A DNA stretch of 64,000 bases from Eledone cirrhosa. Its lineage: Eukaryota. A program made the translations under genes and the position numbers. Shown here in pieces: positions 1-15,000 of the stretch. A model generated the notes under the pieces. The model saw only the letters and a list, made by a program, of their open reading frames with translations, was not told where the DNA came from and searched no databases. Position 1 is the stretch's first letter. Every line of letters begins with the position of its first letter. The stretch lies in the NCBI GenBank assembly GCA_964016885.1, contig OZ024751.1:3038001-3102000 (forward strand). Reading direction: 5' to 3'.

Positions 1-3000
1 GTCGTACCATTGAGGTAACAACTCAAAACTGTCCTACCCCTGAGGTAACAAATCACAACTGTCCTACCACTGAGATTACAACTCACCAATGTACTACCAC
101 TGAAGTAACATCTCACAACTGTCCTACCACTGAGTTAACATCTCACAACTATTCTACCACTGATGTAACAACTCAGCACTGTCCTACCATTGAGGTAACA
201 ACTCACAACTGTCCTACCACTGAGGTAACAACTCACAACTGTCCTACCACTGAGGTAACAACTCACCACTGTACTACCACTGAGGTAACATCTCACAATT
301 GTCCTACCACTGAGGTAACAAGTCACAACTGTCATACCACTGAGGTAACATCTCACAATTGTCCTACCACTGAGGTAACATCTCACCACTGTCCTACCAC
401 TGAGATATCATCTCACAACTGTCCTACCACTGAAGTAACAACTCACCACTGTCTTACCACTGAGGTAACAACTCACCACTGTCCTACCACTGAGGTAACA
501 ACTGACAACTGTCCTACCACTGAGGTAACATCTCACAAGTGTCTTACCAGTGAGGTAACATCTCACCACTGGCCTACCATTGATGTAATATCTCACCACT
601 GTCTGACCAATGAGGTAACAACTCACCACTGTCCTACCACTGAGGTAACATCTCACCACTGTCCTACCATTGAGGTAACATCTCACCACTTTCCTACGAC
701 TGAGGTAATATCTCACCTCTGTCCTACCATTGAGGTAACAACTCACCTCTCTCCTTCCACTGAGGTAACAAATCACAACTGTCCTACAACTGAGATAACA
801 ACTCACCACTGTCTTACCACTGAGGTAACAACTCACCACTGTCCTACCATTGAGGTAACATCTCACCACTGTCTGACCAATGAGGTAACAACTCACCACT
901 GTCCTACCACTGAGGTAACATCTCACACTGTCCTACCTTAGAGGTAACAACTCACCACTGTCCTACCATTGAGGTAACAACTCACCACTTTCCTACGACT
1001 GAGGTAATATCTTACCTCTGTCCTACCATTGAGGTAACAACTCACCTCTCTCCTTCCACTGAGGTAACAACTCACCACTGTCGTACAATTGAGGTAACAA
1101 CTCACCACTGTCCTACCACTGAGGTAACATCTCACAATTGTCCTACCACTGAACAAACAACTCACCACTGTCCTACCACTGAGGTAACATCTCACCACTG
1201 TCCTACCATTGAGGTAACAACTCTCTTCTCTCCTACCATTGAGGTAACAATTTACCACTGTCCTACCTCTGAGGTAACAAATCACAACTGTCCTACAACT
1301 GAGATAACAACTATCCACTGTCCTACCACTGAGGTAACAACGCACCACTGTCCTACCATTGAGGTAACAACTCACAACTGTCCCACCACTGAGGTAACAA
1401 CTCACAACTGTCCTAAATTGAGGTAATATCTCATCACTGTCCTACAATTGAGGTAACATCCCACCAATTTCCTACCACTGAGGTAACAACTCACCACTGT
1501 ACTACCACTCAGGTAACATCTCACCACTCTCCTACCATTAAGGTAATAGCTCACCACTGTACTACCACTGTGGTAACAACTCACCATTGTACTACTACTG
1601 TGGTACAACTCACCACTATCCTACCACTGAGGTAACAACTCACAAGTGTCCTACAACTTACGTAACAACTCACCACTGTCTTACCACTGAGGTAACAACT
1701 CATAACTGTACTACAACTGAGGTAACAACTCACCACTGTCCTAACATTGAGGTAACAACTCACAACTGTCCTACTACTGTCATACCACTGAGGTAACAAC
1801 TCAACACTGTCGTACCATTGAGGTAACAACTCACAACTGTCCTACCACTGAGGTAACAACTCACAACTTTCCTACCACTGAGATTACAACTTACCAATGT
1901 ACTACCACTGAAGTAATATCTCACAACTGTCCTACCACTGAGTTAACATCTCACAACTATCCTACCACTGAGGTAACAACTCACAATTGTCCTACCACTG
2001 AGGTAACAACTCAGCACTGTCCTACCATTGAGGTAACAACTCACAACTGTCCTACCACTGAGGTAACAATTCACCACTGTACTACCACTAAGGTAACATC
2101 TCACAATTGTCCTACCCCTGAGGTAACAAGTCACAACTGTCCTACCACTGAGGTAACAACTCACAATTATCCTACCATGAGGTAACATCTCACCACTGTC
2201 CTACCACTGAGATAACATCTCACAACTGTCCTACCACTGAAGTAACAACTCACCACTGTCTTACCACTGAGGTAACAACTCACCACTGTCCTACCACTGA
2301 GGTAACAACTGACAACTGTCCTACCACTGAGGTAACATCTCACCAGTGTCTTACCAGTGAGGTAACATCTCACCACTGTCCTACCATTGATGTAACATCT
2401 CACTACCGTCTTACCACTGAGGTAAAAACTCACCACTGTCCTACCAATGAGGTAACATCTCACCACTGTCTGACCAATGAGGTAACAACTCACCTCTCTC
2501 CTTCCACTGAGGTAACAACTCAGCACTGTCGTACAATTGAGGTAACAACTCACCACTGTCCTACCACCGAGGTAACATCTCACAACTGTCCTACCACTGA
2601 ACAAACAATTCTCCACTGTCCTACCACTGAGGTAACATCTCACCACTGTCCTACCATTGAGGTAACAACTCTCCTCTCTCCTACCATTGAGGTAACAATT
2701 TACCACTCTCCTACCACTGAGGTCACAAATCACAACTGTCCTACAACTGAGATAACAACTCTCCACTGTCTTACCACTGAGGTAACAACTCATAACTGAC
2801 CTACCACTGAGGTAACAACTCACCACTGTCCTACCATTGAGGTAACAACTTACAACTGTCCCACCACTGAGGTTACAACTCACAACTGTCCTAAATTGAG
2901 GTAATATCTCATCACTGTCCTGCCATTGAGGTAACATCTCACCAATTTCCTACCACTGAGGTAACAACTCACCACTGTACTACCACTGAGGTAACATCTC

Positions 3001-6000
3001 ACCACTCTCCTACCATTAAGGTAATAGCTCACCACTGTACTACCACTGTGGTAACAACTCACCATTGTACTACTACTGTGGTACAACTCACCACTATCCT
3101 ACCACTGAGGTAACAACTCACAACTGTCCTACAACTGAGGTAACAACTCACCACTGCCCTACCACTGAGGTAACAACTCATAACTGTACTACAACTGAGG
3201 TAACAACTCACCACTGTCCTAAAAGTGAGGTAACAACTCACAACTGACCTACTATTGTCATACCACTGAGGTAACAACTCACCACTGTCCTACCACTGAG
3301 GTAACAACTCATAACTGTCCTACCACTGAGGTAACAACTCACAACTGTCCTACCATTGAGGTAACAACTCAGCACTGTCCTATTATTGGGGTTTCATCTC
3401 ACCACTGTCTTACCTCTGAGGTAACAACTCACCACTGTCCTACCATTGAGGTAACAACTCACCACTGTCCTACCATTGATGTAACATCTCACCACCGTCC
3501 TAACACTGAGGTACCATCTCACAACTGTCCTAAAATTGAGGTAACATCTCACCACAGTCTGACCACTGAGGTAACAACTCACCACTGTCCTACCACTGAG
3601 CTTACATCTCACCACTGTTCTACCATTGAGGCAACAACTCACCTCTCTCCTAACAACTCAACACTGCCGTACCAGTGAGGTAACAACTCACAACTGTCCT
3701 ACCACTGAGGTAACAACTCACAACTCTCCTACCACTGAGGTAACAACTCACCACTGTACAACCACTGAGGTAACATCTCACAATTGTCCTACCACTGAGG
3801 TAACAAGTCACAACTGTCCTACCACTGAGGTAACATCTCACCAGTGTCTTACCAGTGAGGTAACATCTCACCACTATCCTACCATTGATTTAACGTCTCA
3901 CCACCGCCTTACCACTGTGGTAAAAACTCACCACTGTCCTACCATTGAGGTAACATCTCACCACTGTCTGACCAATGAGGTAACAACTCACCACTGTCCT
4001 ACCACTGAGATAACATCTCACACTGTCCTACCTTAGAGGTAACAACTCACCACTGTCCTACCATTGAGGTAACAACTCACCACTTTCCTACGACTGAGGT
4101 AATATCTTACCTCTGTCCTACCATTGAGGTAACAACTCACCTCTCTCCTTCCACTGAGGTAACAACTCACCACTGTCGTACAATTGAGGTAACATCTCAC
4201 AACTGTCCTACCACTGAACAAACAACTCACCACTGTCCTACCACTGAGGTAACATCTCACCACTGTCCTACCATTGAGGTAACAACTCTCTTCTCTCCTA
4301 CCATTGAGGTAACAATTTACCACTGTCCTACCCCTGAGGTAACAAATCACAACTGTCCTACAACTGAGATAACAACTATCCACTGTCCTACCACTGAGGT
4401 AACAACGCACCACTGTCCTACCATTGAGGTAACAACTCACAACTGTCCCACCACTGAGGTAACAACTCACAACTGTCCTAAATTGAGGTAATATCTCATC
4501 ACTGTCCTACCATTGAGGTAACATCTCACCAATTTCCTACCACTGAGGTAACAACTCACCACTGTACTACCACTGAGGTAACATCTCACCACTCTCCTAC
4601 CATTAAGGTAATAGCTCACCACTGTACTACCAATGTGGTAACAACTCACCATTGTACTACTACTGTGGTACAACTCACCACTATCCTACCACTGATGTAA
4701 CAACTCACAACTGTCCTACAACTGACGTAACAACTCACCACTGTCTTACCACTGAGGTAACACCTCATAACTGTACTACAACTGAGGTAACAACTCACCA
4801 CTGTCCTAACATTGAGGTAACAACTCACAACTGTCCTACTACTGTCATACCACTGAGGTAACAACTCAACACTGTCGTACCATTGAGGTAACAACTCACA
4901 ACTGTCCTACCACTGAGGTAACAACTCACAACTGTCCTACCACTGAGATTACAACTCACCAATGTACTACCACTGAAGTAATATCTCACAACTGTCCTAC
5001 CACTGAGTTAACATCTCACAACTATCCTACCACTGAGGTAACAACTCACAATTGTCCTACCACTGAGGTAACAACTCAGCACTGTCCTACCATTGAGGTA
5101 ACAACTCACAACTGTCCTACCACTGATGTAACAACTCACAACTGTCCTACCACTGAGGTAACAATTCACCACTGTACTACCACTGAGGTAACATCTCACA
5201 ATTGTCCTACCACTGAGGTAACAAGTCACAACTGTCCTACCACTGAGGTAACAACTCACAATTATCCTACCATGAGGTAACATCTCACCACTGTCCTACC
5301 ACTGAGATAACATCTCACAACTGTCCTACCACTGAAGTAACAACTCACCACTGTCTTACCACTGAGGTAACAACTCACCACTGTCCTACCACTGAGGTAA
5401 CAACTGACAACTGTCCTACCACTGAGGTAACATCTCACCAGTGTCTTACCAGTGAGGTAACAACTCACCACTGTCCTACCACTGAGGTAACATCTCACCA
5501 CTGTCCTACCATTGAGGTAACAACTCACCACTTTCCTACGACTGAGGTAATATCTCACCTCTGTCCTACCATTGAGGTAACAACTCACCTCTCTCCTTCA
5601 ACTGAGGTAACAACTCACCACTGTCGTACAATTGAGGTAACAACTCACCACTGTCCTACCACTGAGGTAACATCTCACAACTGTCCTACCACTGAACAAA
5701 CAACTCACCACTGTCCTACCATTGATGTAACATCTCACCACCGTCTTACCACTGAGGTAAAAACTCACCACTGTCCTACCATTGAGGTAACATCTCACCA
5801 CTGTCTGACCAATGAGGTAACAACTCACCACTGTCCTACCACTGAGGTACATCTCACCACTGTCCTACCATTGAGGTAACAACTCACCACTTTCCTACGA
5901 CTGAGGTAATATCTCACCTCTGTCCTACCATTGAGGTAACAACTCACCTCTCTCCTTCCACTGAGGTAACAACTCACCACTGTCGTACAATTGAGGTAAC

Positions 6001-9000
6001 AACTCACCACTGTCCTACCACTGAGGTAACATCTCACAACTGTCCTACCACTGAACAAACAACTCACCACTGTCCTACCACTGAGGTAACATCTCACCAC
6101 TGTCCTACCATTGAGGTAACAACTCTCCTCTCTCCTACCATTGAGGTAACAATTTACCACTCTCCTACCACTGAGGTAACAAATCACAACTATCCTACAA
6201 CTGAGATAACAACTCTCCACTGTCTTACCACTGAGGTAACAACTCATAACTGTCCTACCACTGAGGTAACAACTAACAACTGTCCTACCATTGAGGTAAC
6301 AACTCACAACTGTCCCACCACTGAGGTAACAACTCACAACTGTCCTAAATTGAGGTAATATCTCATCACTGTCCTACCTTTGAGGTAACATCTCACCAAT
6401 TTCCTACCACTGAGGTAACAACTCACCACTGTACTACAACTGAGGTAACATCTCACCACTCTCCTACCATTAAGGTAATAGCTCACCACTGTACTACCAC
6501 TGTGGTAACAACTCACCATTGTACTACTACTGTGGTACAACTCACCACTATCCTACCACTGAGGTAACAACTCACAACTGTCCTACAACTGAGGTAACAA
6601 CTCACCACTGTCCTACCTCTGAGGTAACAACTCACCACTGTCCGAACATTGAGGTAACAACTTACCACTGTCCTACCACTGAGGTAACAACTCATAACTG
6701 TACTACAACTGAGGTAACAACTCACCACTGTCCTAAAAGTGAGGTAACAACTCACAACTGACCTACTACTGTCATACCACTGAGGTAACAACTCACCACT
6801 GTCCTACCACTGAGGTAACAACTCATAACTGTACTACAACTGAGGTAACAACTCACCACTGTCCTAAAAGTGAGGTAACAACTCACAACTGACCTACTAC
6901 TGTCATACCACTGAGGTAACAACTCAACACTGTCGTACCATTGAGGTAAAAACTCACAACTGTCCTACCACTGAGGTAACAACTCACAACTGTCCTACCA
7001 TTGAGGTAACAACTCAGCACTGTCCTATTATTGGGGTTTCATCTCATCACTGTCTTACCACTGAGGTAACAACTCACCACTGTCCTACCATTGAGGTAAC
7101 AACTCACCACTGTCCTACCATTGATGTAACATCTCACCACCGACCTAACACTGAGGTAACATCTCACAACTGTCCTAAAATTGAGGTAACATCTCACCAC
7201 TGTCTGACCACTGAGGTAACAACTCACCACTGTCCTACCACTGAGCTTACATCTCACCACTGTCCTACCATTGAGGTAACAACTCACCAATGTCCTACCT
7301 TTGAGGTAACAACTCACCAATTTCCTACAACTGAGATAATATCTCACCACTGTTTTACCATTGAGGTAACAACTCACCTCTCTCCTACCACTGAGGTAAC
7401 AACTCACTACTGTCGAACCACTGAGGTAACAACTCACTACTGTCCTACCACTAAGGTAACATCTCACAACTGACCTACCACTAATTTAACAACTCACCAC
7501 TGTCCTACCATTGAGGTAACAACTCACCTCTCTCCTAGCACTGAGGTAACAACTCACCACTGTACTACCACTGAGGTAACAACTCACAACTGTCCTACAA
7601 CTGAGGTAACAACTCACCACTGTCCTACCACTGAGGTAACAACTCACCACTGTCCTAACATTGAGGTAACAACTCACAACTGTCCTACCACTGAGGTAAC
7701 AACTCACCACTGTCGTACCATTGAGGTAACAACTCACCACTGTCCTACCACTGAGGTAACAACTCATAACTGTACTACAACTGAGGTAACAACTCACCAC
7801 TGTCCTAACATTGAGGTAACAACTCACAACTGTCCTACTACTGTCATACCACTGAGGTAACAACTCAACACTGCCGTACCAGTTAGGTAACAACTCACCA
7901 CTGTCCTACCATTGAGGTAACAACTCACCTCTCTCCTAGCACTGAGGTAAAAACTCAACACTGCCGTACCACTGAAGTAACATCTCACAACTGTCCTACC
8001 ACTAAGATAACAACTCACAATGGTCCTACCACTGAGGTAACACCTCACCACTGTCCTACCATTGAGGTAACAACTCACAACTGTCCTACCACTGAGGTAA
8101 CAACTCACCACTGTACTACCACTGAGGTAACATCTCACAATTGTCCTACCATGTGAAGTAACAAGTCACAAATGTCCTGCCACTGTGGTAACAACTCACA
8201 ACTGTCCTACCATGAGGTAACATCTCACCACTGTCCTACCACTGAGGTAACATCTCACAACTGTCCTACCACTGAAGTAACAACTCACCACTCTGCTACC
8301 AATGAGGTAACAACTCACCACCGTCCTACCATTGAGGTAACATCTCACCACTGTCCTACCACTGAGGTAACACCTCACAACTGTCCTTCCACTGAAGTAA
8401 CAACTCACCACTGTCTTACCACTGAGGTAACAACTAGCCACTGTCCTAAGACTGAGGTAACAACTGACAACTGTCCTACCACTGAGCTAACATCTCACCA
8501 GTGTCTTACCACTGAGGTAACATCTCACCACTGTCCTACCATTGATGTAACATCTCACCACCATCTTACCACTGAGGTAAAAACTCACCACTGTCCTACC
8601 ATTGAGGTAACATCTCACCACTGTCTGACCAATGAGGTAACAACTCACCACTGTCCTACCACAGAGGTAACATCTCACCACTGTCCTACCACTGAGGTAA
8701 CAACTCACCACTGTCCTACCATTGAGGTAACAACTCACCACTTTCCTACGACTGAGGTAATATCTCACCTCTGTCCTACCATTGAGGTAACAACTCACCT
8801 CTCTCCTACCACTGAGGTAACAACTCACCACTGTCGTACAATTGAGGTAACAACTCACCACTGTCCTACCACTGAGGTATCATCTCACAACTGTCCTACC
8901 ACTGAGCAAACAACTCACCACCATCTTACCACTGATGTAAAAACTCACCACTGTCCTACCATTGAGGTAACATCTCACCACTGTCTGACCAATGAGGTAA

Positions 9001-12000
9001 CAACTCACCACTGTCCTACCACTGAGGTAACATCTCACCACTGTCCTACCATTGAGGTAACAACTCACATCTCTCCTACCATTGAGGTAACAATTTACCA
9101 CTGTCCAACCACTGAGGTAACAAATCACAACTGTCCTACAACTGAGATAACAACTCACCACTGTCTTACCCTTGAGGTAACAACTCATAACTGTCCTACC
9201 ACTAAGGTAACATCTCACCACTGTCCTACCATTGAGGTAACAACTCACCTCTCTCCTACGATTGAGGTAACAAATCACAACTGTCCTACAACTGAGATAA
9301 CAACTCACCACTGTCCCACCACTGAGGTAACAACTCACCACTGTCCTAAATTGAGGTAATATCTCATCACTGTCCTACCATTGAGGTAACATCTCACCAC
9401 TTTCCTACCACTGAGGTAACAACTCACCTCTGTACTACAACTGAGGTAACATCTCACCACTCTCCTACCATTAAGGTAATAGCTCACCACTGTACTACCA
9501 CTGTGGTAACAACTCAACATTGTACTACTACTGTGGTACAACTCACCACTATCCTACCACTGAGGTACAACTCACAACTGTCCTACAACTGAGGTAACAA
9601 CTCACCACTGTCCTACCACTGAGGTAACAACTCACCACTGTACTAACATTGAGGTAACAACTCACAACTGTCCTACTACTGTCATACCACTGAGGTAAAT
9701 ACTCAGCACTGTCTTACCATTGAGGTAACAACTCACAACTGTCCTACCACTGAGTTAACATCTCACAACTGTCCTACCACTGAGGTAACAACTCACCACT
9801 GTACTACCACTGAGGTAACATCTCACAATTGTTCTACCACTGAGGTAACAACTCACAACTGTCCTACCACTGAGGTAACAACTCACAACTGTCCTACCAT
9901 GAGGTAACATCTCACCACTGTCCTACCACTGAGGGAACATCTCACAACTGTCCTACCACTGAAGTAACAACACACCACTGTCTTACCACTGAGGTAACAA
10001 CTCACTACTGTCCTACCCTGAGGGAACAACTGACAACTGTCCTACCACTGAGGTAACATCTCACCAGTGTCTTACCACTGAGGTAACATCTCACCACTGT
10101 CCTACCATTGATGTAACATCTCACCACCGTCTTACCACTGAGGTAAAAACTCACCACTGTCCTACCATTGAGGTAACATCTCACCACTGTCTGACCAATG
10201 AGGTAACAACTCACCACTGTCCTACCATTGAGGTAACATCTCACCACTGTCCTACCACTGAGGTAACAACTCACCACAGTCCTACCATTGAGGTAACAAC
10301 TCACCACTTTTCTACGACTGAGGTAATATCTCACCTCTGTCCTACCATTGAGGTAACAACTCACCTCTCTCCTACCACTGAGGTAACAACTCACCACTGT
10401 CGTACAATTGAGGTAACAACTCACCACTGTCCTACCACTATGGTAACATCTCACAACTGTCCTACCACTGAGCAAACAACTCAACACTGTCCTACCACTG
10501 AGGTAACATCTCACAACTGTCCTACCACTGAGGTAACAATTCACCACTGTCGTACCATGAGGTAACAACTCACCACTGTCCTCCCTTGAGGTAACAACTC
10601 ATAACTGTACTACAAATGAGGTAACAACTCACCACTGTCCTAACATTGAGGTAACAACTCACAACTGTCCTACTACTGTCATACCACTGAGGTAACAACT
10701 CAACACTGTCGTACCACTGAAGTAACATCTCACACCTGTCCTACCACTTAGTTAACATCTCACAACTGTCCTACCACTGAGGTAACCACTCACAACTGTC
10801 CTACCACTGAGGTAACAACTCACCACTGTCCTACCTTTGAGGTAACAACTCACAACTGTCCTACCACTGCGGTAACAACTCACAACTGTCCTACCACTGA
10901 GGTAACAACTCACCACTGTACTACCACTGTTGTAACATCTCACAATTGTTCTACCACTGAGGTAACAACTCACCACTGTCCTACCGTGAGGTAACATCTC
11001 ACCACTGTCCTACCACTGAGGTAACATCTCACAACTGTCCTACCACTGAAGTAACAACTCACCAGTCTGCTACCAATGAGGTAACAACTCACCACCGTGC
11101 TACAACTGAGGTAACATCTCACCACCATCCTACCACTGAGGTAACATCTCACAACTGTCCTACCACTGAGGTAACATCTCACCAGTGTCTTACCACTGAG
11201 GTAACATCTCACCACTGTCCTACCAATGATGTAACATCTCACCAGCGTCTTACCACTGAGGTAAAAATTCACCACTGTCCTACCATTGAGGTAACATCTC
11301 ACCACTGTCTGACCAATGAGGTAACAACTCACCACTGTCCTACCACTGAGGTAACAATTCACCACTGTCCTAACATTGAGGTAACAACTCACAACTGTCC
11401 TACCACTGAGGTAACAACTCACCACTGTCGTACCACTGAGGTAACAACTCATAACTGTACTACAACTGAGGTAACAACTCACCACTGTCCTAACATTGAG
11501 GTAACAACTCACAACTGTCCTACTACTGTCATACCACTGAGGTAACAACTCAACACTGTCCTACCATTGATGTAACATCTCACCACCGTCTTACCACTGA
11601 GGTAAAAACTCACCACTGTCCTTCCATTGAGGTAACATCTCACCTCTGTCTGACCAATGAGGTAACAACACACCACTGTCCTACCACTGAGGTAACATCT
11701 CACCACTGTCCTACCACTGAGGTAACAACTCACCACTGTCCAACCATTGAGGTAACAACTCACCACTTTCCTACGACTGAGGTAATATCTCACCTCTGTC
11801 CTACCACTGAGGTAACATCTCACCACTGTCATACCACTGAGGTAACAACTCACCACTGTCGTACAATTGAGTTAACAACTCACCACTGTCCTACCACTGA
11901 GGTAACATCTCACAACTGTCCTACCACTGAGGAAACAACTCACCACTGTCCTACCACTGAGGTAACATCTCACCACTGTCGTACCATTGAGGTAACAATT

Positions 12001-15000
12001 CACCACTGTCCTACCACTGAGGTAACAAATCACAACTGTCCTACATCTGAGATAACAACTCACCACTGTCGTAACATTGAGGTAACAACTCACAACTGTC
12101 CCACGAATGAGGTAACAACTCACAACTGTCCTAAATTGAGGTAATATCTCATCACTGTCCTACCATTGAGGTAACATCTCACCACTTTCCTACCCCTGAG
12201 GTAACAACTCACCACTGTACTACCACTGAGGTAACATCTCACCACTCTCCTACCTTTAAGGTAATAGCTCACCACTATACTACCACTGAGGTAACATCTC
12301 CCCACCGTCCTATCCTTGAGGTAAGAACTCACCACTACTTTGAGACTGAGGTAACCACTCACGACGGCGCAACCATTGAGGTAACATCTCACCACCGTCC
12401 TACCACTGAGGTAACATCTTACCACTGTCCTACCAATGAGGTAACAAATCACCACTGTCCTAAAACTGAGGTAACAACTCACCACTGTCCTACCATTGAG
12501 GTAACATCTCACCACTGGCTTACCTTGAGGTAACAACTCACCACCGTCGTACCTTTGAGGTAACATCTCACAACTGTCCTACCATTGAGTTAGCAAATCA
12601 ACACCGTCCTACCACTGAGGTAACATCTCACCAGTGTCCTACCATTGAGGTGACAACTCACCGCTTTCCTACGACTGAGTTAACAACTCACCACCGCCCA
12701 ACCATTGAGGTAACATCTCACCACTGTCTTACCATTGAGGTAACAACTCACCACTCTACTACCACTGAGGTAACAACTCACCACTGTCGTACCCGTGAGG
12801 TAACATCTCACAACTGTCCTACCACTGAGGTAACAACTCAAAACTGTCCTACCACTGAAGTAACAACTCACTACTGTCCTACCACTGAGGTAAAAACTCA
12901 GCACTGTCCTACTACTGAGGTAACATCTCACAACTGTCCTACCACTGAGGTAACAACTCAACACTGTCCTAACATTGAGGTAACATCTCACAACTGTCCT
13001 ACCACTGAGGTAACAACTCACCGCTGTCCTACCGTTGAGGTAACAACTCACCTCTCTCCTACCACTGAGGTAACATCTCACCACTGTCCTACCATTGATG
13101 TAACATCTCACCACCGTCCTACCACTGAGGTAACATCTCACCACCGTCCTACCACTGAGGTAACATCTCACCACCGTCCTACCATTGATGTAACATCTCA
13201 CCACCCTTCTACCACTGAGGTAACATCTCACCGCTTACCTACCATTTGATGTAATATCTCAACACTGTGTTGCCACTGAGGTAACAACTCACCACTGTCC
13301 TACCACTCAGGTAACATCTCACCACTGTCTTACCACTGAGTAACAACTCACCACTGTTCTACAAATGAGGTAACAACTCACCCTTGTCCTACCATTGAAG
13401 TAACATCTCACCACCGTCCTACCATTGAGGTAACATCTCACCACCGTCCTACCACTGAGGTAACAACTCACCACATTCCTACAACTGAGGTAACAATCCC
13501 CACTCCCCTACAGTGATGTAACATCTCACCACTGTCTTACCACTGAGGTAACATCTCACCACTGTTCTACCACTGAGGTAACATCTCACCACTGTCTTAC
13601 CACTGATGTTACATCTCACCATCTTCCTACCACTGAGGTAACATCTCACCACTGTTCTACCACTGAGGTAAATACTCAACACTGTCTTACCACTGAGGTA
13701 ACATCTCACCACTGTCCTACCACTGAGCTAAGAACCCACCACATTCCTACAACTGAGGTAACAACTCACTACAGTCCTACCACTGAGGTAACATCTCACC
13801 ACTGTCTTACCACTGAGTAACAACTTTCCACAGTCCTACCATTGATGTAACATCTCACCACCCTTCTACCACTGAGGTAACATCTCACCACTGTCCTACC
13901 ATATGAGGTAATATCTCAACACTGTGTTGCCACTGAGGTAACAACTCACCACTGTCCTACCACTCAGGTAACATCTCACCACTGTCTTACGACTAAGTTA
14001 ACATCTCACCACTGTCCTACCATTGATGAAAATCTCACCACCGTCCTACCGCTGAGGGAACAACTCCCCACTGTCCTACCACTCAGGTAACATCTCACCA
14101 CCGTCCACCACTGAGGGAACAACTCCCTACTGTCCTAACATTGACGTAACAACTCCCCACTGTCCTATCACTGAGGTAACATATCACCACATTGCTATCA
14201 CTGAGGTAACAACTCATCACTTTCCTACAACTGAGGTAACAACTCCCCACTATCCGACCAGTGAGGTAACATCTCACCACTGTCCTACCACTGGGGTAAC
14301 AACTCACCTCAGTCCTATTATTGGGGTTTCATCTCACCACTGTCTTACCACTGAGGTAACATCTCACCAGTGTCTTACCACTGAAGCAACATCTCACTAC
14401 TGTCCTACCATTGATGTAACATCTCACCACCGTCCTACTACTGAGGTAACAACTCCCTACTGTCCTAACATTGAGGTAACAACTCCCCACTGTCCTACCA
14501 GTGAGGTAACATCTCACCGCTGTCCTACCATTGAGGTAATATCTCACCATAATAGGACTGAGGTGAGATGTTACCTCAGTGGTAGGAATGTGGTGAGATG
14601 TTACCTCAGTGGTAGGACGGTGGTGAGATGTTACCCCAATGGTAGGACGGTGGTGAGATGTTACCTCAATGGTAGGAGAGTGGTGAGTTGTTACCTCAAT
14701 GTAAGGACAGTGGGTAGTTGTTAACTCAGTGGTAAGACAGTGGTGAGATGTTACCTCACTAGTAGGACAGTGGTGAGTTGTTACCACAGTGGTAGGAATG
14801 TGGTGAGATGTTACCTCAGTGGTAGGACGGTGGTGAGATGTTACCCCAATGGTAGGACGGTGGTGAGTTATTACATCAATGGTAGGACAGTAGTGAGTTG
14901 TTACCTCAATGGTAAGACAGTGGCGAGATGTTACCTCAGTGGTAAGACAGTGGTGAGATGTTACCTTAGTGGTAGGACTGTAGTGAGTTGTTACCTCAGT

